NCBI RefSeq assembly: GCF_006345805.1
Contig: NC_043003.1
Coordinates: 82,212,001-82,276,000, forward strand
Length of the DNA: 64,000 nucleotides
Source of the DNA: Octopus sinensis
Lineage: Eukaryota
Direction: 5' to 3'
In this document: positions 52,473 through 64,000 of the stretch, piece by piece
Layout: every line of letters begins with the position of its first letter
Position numbering within the stretch: the stretch's first letter is position 1
Translations under genes and position numbers: made by a program
Notes under the pieces: model-generated
Databases searched by the model: none
What the model saw: the letters and a program-made list of their open reading frames with translations, nothing else
Told to the model about the DNA's origin: nothing

Positions 52473-52482
52473 CATAATTATC

Positions 52483-52708
52483 AAGGCTACGAGTTGGCAG
52501 AATCACTATCTCGCCAGAAAAAAATATTTAGCGACATTTCTTTCGGCTTTATGTTTCGAAGTTCAAATTCTGCTGAGGGTGTCTTGGCATTTTATCGTTT
52601 CGAGGTCGACGAAGTAAATACAATAACGCATATAGGTTTCCATGTAATCGACTAACCCCTCCGGCTCAAATTTCAGGCCTTGTGCTTATGATAGAAAGAA
52701 TTATTATT
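52483..52708 (+). mobile_element. SINE family B
   Basis: AAGGCTACGAGTTGGCAGAATCA...AAGTTCAAATTCTGCTGAGG...GAGGTCGACGAAGTAAATAC...GTAATCGACT. Confidence 0.82.
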
Positions 52709-53584
52709 GTTGTTGATAGTGTTATATTTTTCTCCCTAGTTAATATTATTCTGGTGAGATATTTTGATGCTTATGTGTCGAAATAGATGAATGCAGTACG
52801 ATACTGAGAAGTGTTTTTCTTAAGTACTTGAAAGTTAAGGGAACAAAAAAAAAAAGCATTTGTTTGTAAGACAATATCGAATATGCAGATATCAAATCCC
52901 TTCAGATTATTATTTATGTGAAAATGTATGGGCATATTTTCCAATAATCTATATTGAGAAGCTGGAAAAGTCCTTTATTTATGTGTGTGTGTGTGTGTGT
53001 GTGTGTCTGTGTGTATTTCTGAGTGTGTTTAAGCCAGATGGACACTTGTTTCCGTTTCTAAATGGAAAATTACGTAGTTAAAATATTAAGCATTCACAGA
53101 AAGTATTTATGTCGAGTTTCAAAAGAATTTCAGAGAACAAAACTTAAAACAGTGAAATAGATCCTCGAGAATTCCTGTGGCCTGTGCTACTTGACTTGAG
53201 AACAGCAAGAGCACCTCTATCTGGTCTTTTACTCCAACCCCCCCTCTCTCTCTCTCTGTACGTATATATATTTGTGCAAGTCTGTTTATAAGGAGGATGA
53301 CACGCATACACATATTCAGATATCCTTAATGGTACTACACAATAGTTTCAATTATATCATAGCGCTCGAAGCATTGTATATTTATCTACTCTACAAAATA
53401 ATACGAGCATCTAAATGCATCTTACCTACTAAATATACAGGACACACAATGAAAACGAAGACGGAAGGATCACAACTGCCACACTTGAGCAATATATAAT
53501 TGAAGACGGACGCTGTTGGCTCTATAAAATCAATATATATCTTTGTTATGTCTTTTTTTTGTTTTTGTTTTTTTTTTTTCAGTC

Positions 53585-54480
53585 ATTAGACGGCAGACAT
53601 GCTGGGACACTGCCTCGAATAATTCGACAAAGTACTGCTTTTCTGAAAAGCAATTTCTCTTTCTGTCGGATACTGAACTTTTAGGTTACGGGAACGTAAA
53701 TAAATCAACACTTTGACAAGTGGTAGTGGAGGACAAGCAAAGGCATATATTTGTATGCATACAACAAAATACCTGAGGAACAAAAGGGACAGAGATGCAG
53801 GAAAACTGAGTAAAATGTGACAAGCGATGCAGACGTTGTGGAGTCAACACCGAAGATATCACCCACATCATAAGCATTTTGCCGAAAATGTCATCACGGT
53901 TTAATCTACCAATGAGACATGATGTTGTAGTTAGGACGCTCTATAACGAAATCCGTCAGAACGATAACCTAGAGGACAAAGAAATAACAACCCACAGCAT
54001 GGTAGAAGCCATAACCACTCATGACAAAAAGGAGTATTGGTGGAATGTCCCAGTGAAGACCTCAATAAAATGTAAGCACAACAGGCCTGATGTAAGGATT
54101 TGGGATGAAGAGAAACTGTGTACAGTTGTGGAAATTAGCTGCCCACCGGATGTTAACATAAAGCTGAAGACCAGTGAGAAAGAGAACACCTAGGCCGAAC
54201 TATTGACAAATTTGCAGTTACTCTATCCAGATTACATGTTCATGTTTATACCTATAATTATTTGGTTCCGGGGATATGCAGTACACTGCCTAAATACCAA
54301 TTTTGAGAAATCAGGCTTCTCAAAACCAGAAAGGAGAAAGCTAATCCGAAGATTACATATCCAATTCATCACTGGAACTGTAAAAATCTGAAAACTTTCC
54401 AGAAGTTTAGCATTTTAATATATATGAGCATGCCTAGATATGCAACTATGTGCAAAGCAAAACATATAAATCTGCACATA
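53585..54480 (+). mobile_element. 3' part of an RLE-endonuclease non-LTR retrotransposon (R2 supergroup: R4/Dong/NeSL-like)
   Basis: Zinc knuckle remnant CRRCGVNTEDITHIIS, then RHD, KHNRPD...VVEISCP.DVNI...EK (PD-(D/E)xK restriction-like endonuclease). One stop and a frameshift upstream. The 5' boundary is uncertain. Confidence 0.85.
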
Positions 54481-54524
54481 TACATACACACACATACATA
54501 CATTCATGTGTGTGTGTGTTTGTA

Positions 54525-54663
54525 TACAACGAGCTTCTTTCATTTCCGTCTACCAAATATACTCAAAAGACTTTGGTCGATCCGTGGGGGCTATAGCAAC
54601 TGAGACTGATCCCAGAACCATATGGTGGGAAAGGAGTTTCGACACACACAACTGCACCTGCGC
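54525..54663 (-). mobile_element. SINE family A 5' half, diverged
   Basis: Reverse complement GCGCAGGTGCAGTTGTGTGTG...ACCAAAGTCTTTTGAGTATATTTGGTAGACGGAAATGAAAGAAGCTCGTTG. Confidence 0.78.
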
Positions 54664-54886
54664 ATGTATAATTATTACTACCAAATTTGATTATATAACA
54701 AAGTTCTACTTATTTATAAAATACTATATTAGATAAGGCGAAACATTTCTGCGTCTCAGAATAAGAAGCACTCACAATTTTTAATTTATGACTTTATCGA
54801 ATTTTACAGCTATTAATTACGAATTATTTAATCGCTCACCTTAGATCAATTACTGACATCTTATCACACATTATCTTAAATATATA

Positions 54887-55453
54887 TTGGGTTGTCCGGA
54901 AAGTTCGTGGCGATTTTTAAAGGAAAGAAAAAGGTCAATAAATACTTGCCATTACATTTTTAATCAAATAAATATGAACCATTTTGTTGCACAATGCGTC
55001 TCCATCTTTCCTTTAACTTGAAAATACCCTCTTCCAAGAACTGAGGTTGTTTCATGGCAAAGAATTCATCAAGGCATCTTTTTTACGTCATCCAAGGAAT
55101 TAAGACTTTTACCATCAAGACTATTCTGCAGAGACCTGAACAAGTGGAAATCCAAAGGAGCAATATCTGGTGAATATGGAGGGTGGGGTTACACATCCCA
55201 GCCGAGCTGCAGCAATTTTTGTCTGGTTCCCAAAGCATCAAGTGCCGAAAATGAACTTTCTTATCTTCCATTTTAAAGGGTTACAGAATTAACACAGGTT
55301 ATAGGAACATAAATCTTCTTCCACGAAAAGATAGCTTAAACTGTGCTCCAAATGGAGGTGTAGTTAAATACTATTTTATGGACTCAACCATATTCTAAAA
55401 TAAGTCGAAATGTAAGCTACTGTAAATCGGCACGAACTTTCCGGACAACCCAA
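54887..55453 (-). mobile_element. Internally deleted mariner element (567 bp)
   Basis: 30-bp TIRs TTGGGTTGTCCGGAAAGTTCGTG(G/C)CGATTT, 29/30 identical, with TA flanks. Transposase N-terminus MEDKKVHFRHLMLW joined to the C-terminal HxPYSPDIAPLDFHLFRSLQ...KS region. Confidence 0.93.
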
Positions 55454-55995
55454 TAATTTCGACTTAATGTTTTCGCTATTCACAGTAAGATTAGACTTTA
55501 CGCACATCATTCCGTTTCCTAAAATACAACTAATTTTAATTATTATTTGCATCCAACAATATTTGAAATTATATTTATCAGCGAAAAACATAAGAACTTT
55601 TGATTGAAGCAATGGATTTAAAATTATTTCCGGGAGAAAAAGATCTAACAATTGTTTCAAGTTTAAAGACCATCGCACTTTCTATTTGATAAATATTTAT
55701 ATTTGTCATCATTAACCTATATAGAAATATTAATTGTATACGATCTTAAGCATAAAATTTTGTTTTATTTGCATACTGAACATAACCCCCACGCACACAG
55801 GAACACACGGATTTTTACACACACACACACAGGTATATATATATAATAAATGGTACAAAATATGTACTCCGAAGAAATTCAAAGGATAGCGTAATCCAAC
55901 GGTAGGTTATTCCTGTGTTTTCGGAAATCCAAGAATTAGGTAGTCCAAATAGTCATCAGAATGGCATGCATGTATGTATGTATGTGTGTATGTAT

Positions 55996-56385
55996 GTAGG
56001 AGTGGCTGTGTGGTAAGTAGCTTGCTTACGAACCACATGGTTCCGGGTTCAGTCCCACTGCGTGGCATCTCGGGCAAGTGCCTTCTACTATAGCCTCGGG
56101 CTTACCAAAGCTTTGTGAATGGATTTGGTAGACGGAAACTGAAAGAAGCCCATCGTATATATGTATATGTGTGTGTGTATTTGTGTCTCTGTGTTTGTCC
56201 CCCCAACATCGCTGGACAACCGATGCTGGTGTGTTTACGTCCCCGTAAATTAGCGGTTCGGCAAAAGAGACCGATAGAATAAGTACTAGGCTTACAAAGA
56301 ATAAGTCATGGGATTGCTTTGCTCGACTAAAGGCGGTGCTCCAGCATGGCCACAGTCACATGACTGAAACAAGTAAAAGAGTAAA
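55996..56385 (+). mobile_element. SINE family A, full length
   Basis: GTAGGAGTGGCTGTGTGGTAAGTAGCTTGC...GGCGGTGCTCCAGCATGGCCACAGTCACATGACTGAAACAAGTAAAAG. Confidence 0.93.
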
Positions 56386-58119
56386 GGGTATATATGTATG
56401 TATGTAAAGAAGTTGAAAAGGCACTGGGATTCGTTCATTTTTTTTATTAGAAAGTTTTTTAAGATATAACCAGTTTTACAGTCTTCTCTGCTTTTCAAAA
56501 GTCGAGGTAGAAAGACGTGGAGCTATGCTGCAACTGATTGGTGTTCATAAGTGCAGTCTTGTTTTTATAGAGAGAACATGACACAAATTAGTATCCGCTT
56601 CATCCGTTCTTTAGTGTCATGCGATAATGGTTATCGGCGTAATATAAAGCTGTCACAGTTGAGTGAACCTATCTAGCGCCAATCCCAAGCAATCAAGGCT
56701 GTCTGAATTTTATCTTTCAAAAGAGGTAGAGGAAATGTTTACGTGCGCACATGCAAACGTACAAACAAACACACACAAACACAAGTCTACCTATTCACCT
56801 ATAGGCATTTATTAATTTCAGTTGCGTATTTGTCAAATAATTTGAGCTAAGATTGCATTGTGGAATTAAATCAGTTACATCGTGATAGATTAGTGAAAGA
56901 CAATAAAAAATTATGCTTTAATATTAAGTCATTGTTTTTCTTTGTGATATTTCCACATATTGTTAATTTCTAAAATATTACATCATACTTCTACGCCATG
57001 TATACTGTGACAGTTTGATTAAACGTGATATATACAAATAGAGTTATGTTAAATTTCTTCCAACCTTATGAAATTTCACAAAATTGCAGCAGGTTATTTA
57101 ATTTTTGCATGCTGATAACGAGAATCACTGATATTTTTTCTAAAATTTATTGAGGTAACAGTCACAAACATTAAAAATTATATAATCTAGGTTAAGGGAA
57201 GTTTCGATTGCCTAATATACCGGAAGTCATGAATCTCTGCTCTCTTGGCAACAGTATACATGAAGCCTTTACGTCGTCAATAAACCCGTTAGAAATAGCA
57301 CCAAATTTACCTTAAACAACACTACAACGTCTGAAAAAGAAACGAAAGGGATGAACATTGTGCCACATATACTCTATGATTTTAAGGTCGTGACTTAAAA
57401 ATAAAAGACTGATGTTATCAATATTGATGTTATTAATATTGCTCAACAAGCAGAAACCCCATGTATCTGGTTCAAGCGAGAAAATAAATGATGCTGCGGC
57501 ATAGTGAATCGTCCTTGTTGTGTTTAAAGCCTTACAGTCAAGTTTAAGGAAGATTTGGCTGTTATTTCTAGCATGTCCAGCTGTTATTTCTAAGTCCGCC
57601 ATCACTGATTTCCATGACGACAGACAATTTCAACCTACGTTATGCTGGCTATTAACGCTTTCCATTAGATAAATTACATATCATAAATGCTTGTAACCTA
57701 ATAAATTCTAAAAAAGATTTTTTAGACTTTTGCGCATTACGTAAAATCTTTATGATTTCTCCTAATTTTGATTAAACCCTCATTACTTAGCTGTGCTAGA
57801 AGCTTTCTTTTCTCTATTCTCCTTGTACCATTCTCTCTGTCTCAGCATATTTCCCCCTCCGCTGCCTCTATTCCTTTCTTTCATTGCTTGTCTTTTTTAG
57901 GAAAGCGCGTCATGTTTTTTTCCCTTTATCGATGGATGGTCACATAGATCATATTAAGTCAGACATAAGATGAAAAATGTTTATATTATTATTTATTCTA
58001 TGTACATAATAAATGGAAATATAGCTCTCGTATAGCAGAACTCTCGAAAAATAATTTGAATGGAGAAATAATATAAAATTATAGACTTGTGAATTTGTTT
58101 CAAACCATACGCACACATA

Positions 58120-58242
58120 TGTGCGTGTGTGTGTGTTTGTGTAGCCATTTATGAATATATATACTTACATATATACATCCATATACTTGTAGATATATAT
58201 ATATATATATATACACATCCATATACTTGTAGATATACATAT

Positions 58243-58275
<33 letters not shown>

Positions 58276-58277
58276 TT

Positions 58278-58326
<49 letters not shown>

Positions 58327-58410
58327 CATATATATATATGTGTGTGTGTGTGAGTGTGTGTACATATGTGATATATACATATATATATACATATACACAC
58401 ACATACACAA
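58120..58410. repeat. Compound (GT)/(TA) microsatellite with a duplicated ATATACA(CA)TCCATATACTTGTAGATAT unit
   Basis: Direct reading. Confidence 0.93.
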
Positions 58411-60282
58411 ATATATTTTATTATCTGAAGAGTGTAAAAGAAAGTTATAAATTAAGAATTATACTAAATAATTGATTAATATAAATATTGATTAGTGTCG
58501 CATCTGCTTCAATTGATTAGCTGCCGGAATTAAGCAGGAACGGTTAGCAGATTTTGGTTTCGTTAGTGTACAACGTATATTACATTCAAACACTAATTCC
58601 TCTTAATTCTATATAACTTCTGTTGGTTGTTATTTCTTTAAACTCTGGGAACTGAGTTTATAACATAATTGGAAAGTTTCTTGATGTACTATGATATAAA
58701 TGTAAATTTTGTCATATCATCAGTGTTGAAAATGTCTGAACTAATGGTAGGAAATATTTAGTTTTTTCTTTCCCATAATATGCTTCTATGTAAATACAAA
58801 TCTATTTGAAATTTTATTTAATCTGTGCTTCTTAGATAATAAGGTGTAGGTTAGTTTTGTGGTGAGCTAATTCATTTTTATTCTTCTCTGATTGTATGTT
58901 GGTGCTGAACGTGCAAACTATGATCAAAGTATAACCTGTTCATTATTTATTCAAACTATATTTCAAACGACATTAACCAGTGTGCAATCCATTTTTGTAA
59001 CACTGCAGGTCGTCCTTTGCTTGCGAAATAGCCATCTGTTGTATCATATAGAGCTACAACGATGAAACTCTCGAATGACTTGTGTTGGTGCATTTCAGAG
59101 AGATGTATACCTGTCACTAATTCATTATTTTTAAACAATTTACAAGGAATAATTTATTAGTGTCAAATGTCCCTGAGTATTTGTAAAGATGCACGAATGC
59201 ACATTATCACATCATTTTATTCTTGGAAATTTTTTTATTTTCATTTGTGATATTGTTCTTTTTATTGAAGATAGAAAATATTGTAACTTCAGTGAATGGT
59301 GACTACAATCTAACAAATAAATTTCACTATAAAAGCTGATCCCCAGGTTACTTGTTATCCTCCTATGTTCCCTATTTTGTGTAATATAAAAATTCGTATT
59401 GCGTTATATGGAGTCAAATATTTTACATTTAAAGAGAAGGTGAATGGTTCTCAATGACGTTTAAGCTTTCCACAAATTTTAACTGTGTACCTACGACAAC
59501 GTGATTTCAGATGTCTCAACTTACTTCTAGGTTTACACTCTACTACATTTGCCATTTTCTTGGGATAAAATATTGTGTTTTACTTTGGCACAACGTTTTA
59601 AACGTGTATAAAAGTAGGAGAATACACTGAATCACAAAACACACAAGGAAGCACACACACACACACACACATACACACTCATACACACACACACGCACAT
59701 ACACACACACACACTCAGAGGTATTGATCTCTCGTACATGAAAGTCGATCACTACACCGGTGGAGATGAAATTTGAAATTTAACCGAACGCAAATGAATA
59801 GAACGTATAGCTAAGCACACTGACATTTCTGCCATTTCGCAACAATTTAAAAGTATTTTTGCACAAGAGACCTATAAATATCAGCTTTAACATTATTATT
59901 AAAAAGCAATAACGGTGTGGATTGCAGGGCATGAATATTGATACAAATATAGAACTTAATTGGTGTATGAAAATGTAAACATATTAATATCAACGGTTGT
60001 TTATATAAAGTAAGTACTTATTTATATATAAATATACCTTTCAGTAATAAATGCATATGGGGTATATTTTCGTTTAATAAATACTGCTTCCCAAAAGTAT
60101 CAATTACAATGAAACTCTGTCTATTATTTTCCGTCTGGTACGTTAGTTTGTTCTATGAACACATTGCAGCAATTCATATATGCAATCGTAAGTACGAGCT
60201 AACATACATGCATACACAGACACGCACACGTGCACATGTATGCATGCACGTGTACTCAGTCTCATTGAATGTATGTATCAGA

Positions 60283-60642
60283 TACTAGCAGTATCGCCCG
60301 GCGTTGCTCGGATTTTGTTTTCGACACTTTAGAATTGGAATTTTTAAAAAGTAAAAATTTTGCATTATATAGCTTGTTATTCTCTGAACATTTTTCCGGT
60401 TGAAATACACCGAAAAATTACGACACAACAGTCAAAATATCGTAAAAAATAGGGATTTTCAATACTTTTTGGTGTTAACATTATCGGATTTGAATGTTTT
60501 CTTTTACGAAAAGAAGAGCAAGCCTTCTTCTATCATACTCTTAATTTTGGTCAACTTGCGGCGCTGGGTCTCGGAGGAGATAGTGTTAGTTGAAGGCTAC
60601 CAAACCTGCCATACACATACAACTTCAGCTTTATATAGAGAT
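60283..60642 (+). mobile_element. Non-autonomous Helitron/Helentron-like element
   Basis: 5' TACTAGCAGTATCGCCCGGCGTTGCTCGG (CTAG plus a GC hairpin, like Lep1/HINE-type starts). 3' CTTTATATAGAGAT. No TSD seen. Confidence 0.5.
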
Positions 60643-60989
60643 GCATGCGATTGAACGGTTATATACACGTTCCATCACAGAAATGAACTCTTCGAAGTCA
60701 CAATCAACATGGGTTCTATGGAAATAAGTACACCATCTACTGTAATACAGGAATGTTTCATGCATAAATAAATTATTATCATGCCGTAGTTACATTACGG
60801 AAGTGGTTAGTGCATTGCATCCTTCAGCAGGGCACTTCATTTCATTTCACGTTGCCAAATCTACTCAGCTCAGCTGAAATTTTGTATCAGGTCACGACAT
60901 CGTAAGCACCTAATACAATTAATATAAGCTTGGTTTGTAACTTTAGCGCGTACCTCCTTGCATGTTAAGGTAATCAGATTTGACATGAT

Positions 60990-61570
60990 ATATATGCGTG
61001 TGTATATGCATTTATACATAGATAAATATATACAAACATACATATGCATATGTGTATATGTATGTGTGTGTTTATATATATTTGTGTGTATGGATATATA
61101 TATATATATATATATACTTATATGTATATATATATATTATATATAAATATATACATATATATTGATATATGCATATATGTATATAGATATATTACATATA
61201 TTTGCATATATATATGTATTCATTTATATATTTATGTATAATATATATCGACATATATGTGTATATATATACATATATATATATAATATATTTATGTATA
61301 ATATATGTCTACTTATATGTGTATATATATACATATATATATATATAATATATTTATGTATAATATATATGTAAATATAAATATCTATATATACATATAT
61401 ACACACACATATATATATAATATATTTGTATATAATATATATACATATAATTATACATATGCACACACAGATATATATATATATATTTATCTATGTGTGT
61501 GTGTGTGTGTGTGTTTGGGTGCGTGTGTGTGTGTTTCTGTGTGTGTTTGTGTGTGTGTGTGTGTGCATAG
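60990..61570. repeat. About 580-bp degenerate (TA)/(TG) microsatellite field with a ~60-bp higher-order duplication
   Basis: CATATATGTGTATATATATACATATATATATATAATATATTTATGTATAATATAT occurs twice (~61250 and ~61310). Confidence 0.93.
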
Positions 61571-61954
61571 GAAGCGGTATCATGAATCAATGACAGTGTG
61601 TTGGCGCATACAATTTGAGAAATGTACCTAAAATAAGATATACGAAATACAGAAGCTTATAAAATCAGCATCCATAACCCCGCTTTCATGTTTTATTATA
61701 TGATAGTGCAGAAGCTGAGCCAGAGGTGCCGAAAGTTTGAGAAGTAAATTTCAATTACCGATACTTAAAATTCTGTAGTTTTTCTTGCTGGTACCTAAGA
61801 ATTAACTTAGGACGATTTTAATGGTGTACGTAAGCACACACACATACATGAATGATAAATTTATGTGTGTATGTGTGTGTGTGTATGTGTGTGTAAATGT
61901 GTGTGTGTATGTAATAAGTATTATTACAAAGTAGCATAGCATTACTTTTAATTC

Positions 61955-62006
<52 letters not shown>

Positions 62007-62100
62007 GCGTAAACACATATTTTAACAAAACTGTCCGACGAACGGGAACGTGAAACTCCGAGTAACAGCTTTTGTTAAGTTTCTGCTGCTTTTAAACAAA

Positions 62101-62158
<58 letters not shown>

Positions 62159-62218
62159 GCCTTCAAATAGACCTACACATGTGACTACTGCATCGATTTG
62201 TAAATATATTTATATATA

Positions 62219-63000
62219 TAGGGCATCCATAAAGCCTCTTTACAATTTCAAGAATTTATTACGAAGGCAAATAAATAGATAAATGTGTGGAAATTTTTAC
62301 AAAATGAGATTTTAAATGTTTTGTTTCTTCATTTAATACATCTCTCTATGGACACCATTAATTGCACGAAGCACACCAAGACGGTAATGAATTTCTAGCC
62401 ATGTTCCTTGTAGCATAGCCTTAACAATGGTGGCAATGGCATCAGTGATCCTTTCCTTTAGGCCGTTGATATCTCGTTTTTTCGGTACACGATGTCTTTA
62501 GCATAACCGTTTGTTCGATACACGATGTCTTTAGCATAACCCCATAGAAAAAAATCCAGTGATATTCGGGGAATGATATGGCTATGGAATTGGACCATCT
62601 CTTCGAATCCCCTGGTCTAGTAGTGTTTAATTTAGGAGCCCACGAGCATGCATTCCCCAATGTGGTGGGGCCCCATCCTCTTTGAAAATGATGGCTGGTT
62701 GAAGATCATCCAGTTGTGGGGTCACATAGTCGGTCAAAAGATCAAGGTAAGCATTTTCAGAGCTTGATCACTCTGTGAAGTAAAATGGACCAAGGATTCG
62801 ATTGCGCATCATCCTACACCAGACATTCACCTTTTGTCCACGTCGGGCTACTTCCCTAGTCACATGGGAGTGTTCTTCATATTATGTGTGAAATATGAAA
62901 GGTTGCTTCATCACTAAAATGAACTCAGGTGAGGAATATTGCATCAACAGAAATTCGTTCCAGCATGTAAACTGCAAACTCATTTCGTCTTGGTTTATCT
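62219..63000 (-). mobile_element. Decayed DD41D-type Tc1/mariner transposase with one TIR
   Basis: Minus strand: HFSDEATFHIS...VNVWC..MRNRILGPFYF...AYLDLLTDYVTPQLDDLQPAIIFKEDGAPPHWG...RDGPIP*PYHSPNIT. TIR-like AGGGCATCCATAAAG after TA. A short duplication (TACACGATGTCTTTAGCATAACC) at ~62486/62519. Confidence 0.85.
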
Positions 63001-63289
63001 TTTTATTCGAGTGCTTGTAAGCGTACAATCAATGTCGAAAGTGGTAGCAGTAGCTGTTTGGTAGCAGTACGTATGAACAATATAGAAGAACTAGCAAAGG
63101 CTTGTCTTATACGATCAATGTTTTCCCCAGATAATGGACGGATTATAACCACTAGGAAGTGGCTGAGTGGGTGACATGTTGAGCCTCTACAGCTCACTAT
63201 AGGTCTTAATGGAATACCACCCTTGTGAATCTAATGTATACCGTACATGTGCGGTAGTTTACTGTAGTGTTGAGTCAGTTGTCTGTAAA

Positions 63290-63790
63290 AGAGAGGATGG
63301 AACCAATAAATTGTCTAAAGTCTGTCTACCCTATGTAAAAGGCCTCTCCTAAAAGATACAAAAGATATGCGGCCCATATGACATCGGGGCAGTATTTAAG
63401 AGTAATACAACACTTCGCAAATATCTCCTTCGGGTAAAACCACCAATAGAAGAGAATATGACCAAAACCTGCGTGTAGTCCATCCCATTCAACTCTGTTA
63501 GGTTATACAAAGCCGAAACATGCCGCCCCCTCAAAATAAGTGTAGAGGAACATCGCAAAGTTGCGACACGATGAGATATTGATAAAATCGGGGATAGCTG
63601 ATCATGTATGGAACAATGGAGACCCTCCCTGTTAGATGAAGCTAAAATAATAGACAGAGAACACCACTGGAAAATACGAAAACTAAAAGCAGCAGTACAT
63701 ATGCTAGGACACAACCTCCTAAGCAGACCGAATAGCATACGGGAACCGGTATTAAGGAAGGATAGAAAAATATTAAATTTATAAGCCCTA
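63290..63790 (+). mobile_element. Penelope-like element GIY-YIG endonuclease remnant
   Basis: VCLPYVKGLS*KIQKICGPYDIGAVFKSNTTLRKYLLRVK...CV*SIP...YKAETCRPLKISVEEH...IADHVW...KIIDREHHWKIRKLKAAVH. Confidence 0.88.
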
Positions 63791-63811
63791 AAATTCACAC
63801 CATAATTGTCC

Positions 63812-64000
63812 ACGGGCATATGGCGTAGTGTTTAAGAGCGTGGTCTACTAACTCCAAGATTCCGAGTCCGATCCCAGGCAGTGACCTGAATAATAATAAT
63901 AACAACAATAATAATAACAACAACAACAACATCGAAAAATACCTTAGGAATGAGAACCCAGGTTCGAAATTTCCCCAAGACACCTTATGAAGCCTGGAGG
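63812..64000 (+). mobile_element. tRNA-like cassette + (AAT/AAC)n + start of a hammerhead-like pLTR (cut by window edge)
   Basis: TGGCGTAGTGTTTAAG (A-box-like) and GAGTCCGATCCC (B-box-like), a triplet run, then ...CAAGACACCTTATGAAGCCTGGAGG. Confidence 0.5.

Overview
Eukaryotic, very AT-rich, repeat-dominated window. I infer a coleoid cephalopod (Octopus-like) genome from the tRNA-derived SINE families and the abundant (TA)n, (CA)n, (GATA)n and (AAT)n microsatellites. No intact multi-exon gene, rRNA, genuine tRNA or CRISPR array can be supported. The one credible host-coding segment is a minus-strand ORF at 51286-52137 encoding hydrophobic segments, a poly-His run and a Ser/Thr-rich, N-glycosylation-rich stretch, probably the first coding exon of a secreted or membrane protein. 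The rest is a layered record of mobile DNA: about 25 SINE copies from four families; decayed CR1/L2-, Tx1- and RLE-type LINEs; Penelope-like remnants with hammerhead-ribozyme-like motifs; mariner and DD41D Tc1/mariner remnants; hAT and probable Merlin MITEs with target-site duplications; and a Helitron-like element. The most unusual structures are a ~900-bp fold-back DD41D element, a 131-bp MITE that captured SINE sequence, head-to-tail SINE concatemers with a repeated junction, and hammerhead-like short elements abutting (TA)n tracts. All family assignments come from motif recognition by eye; no database search was run. Many boundaries are approximate.
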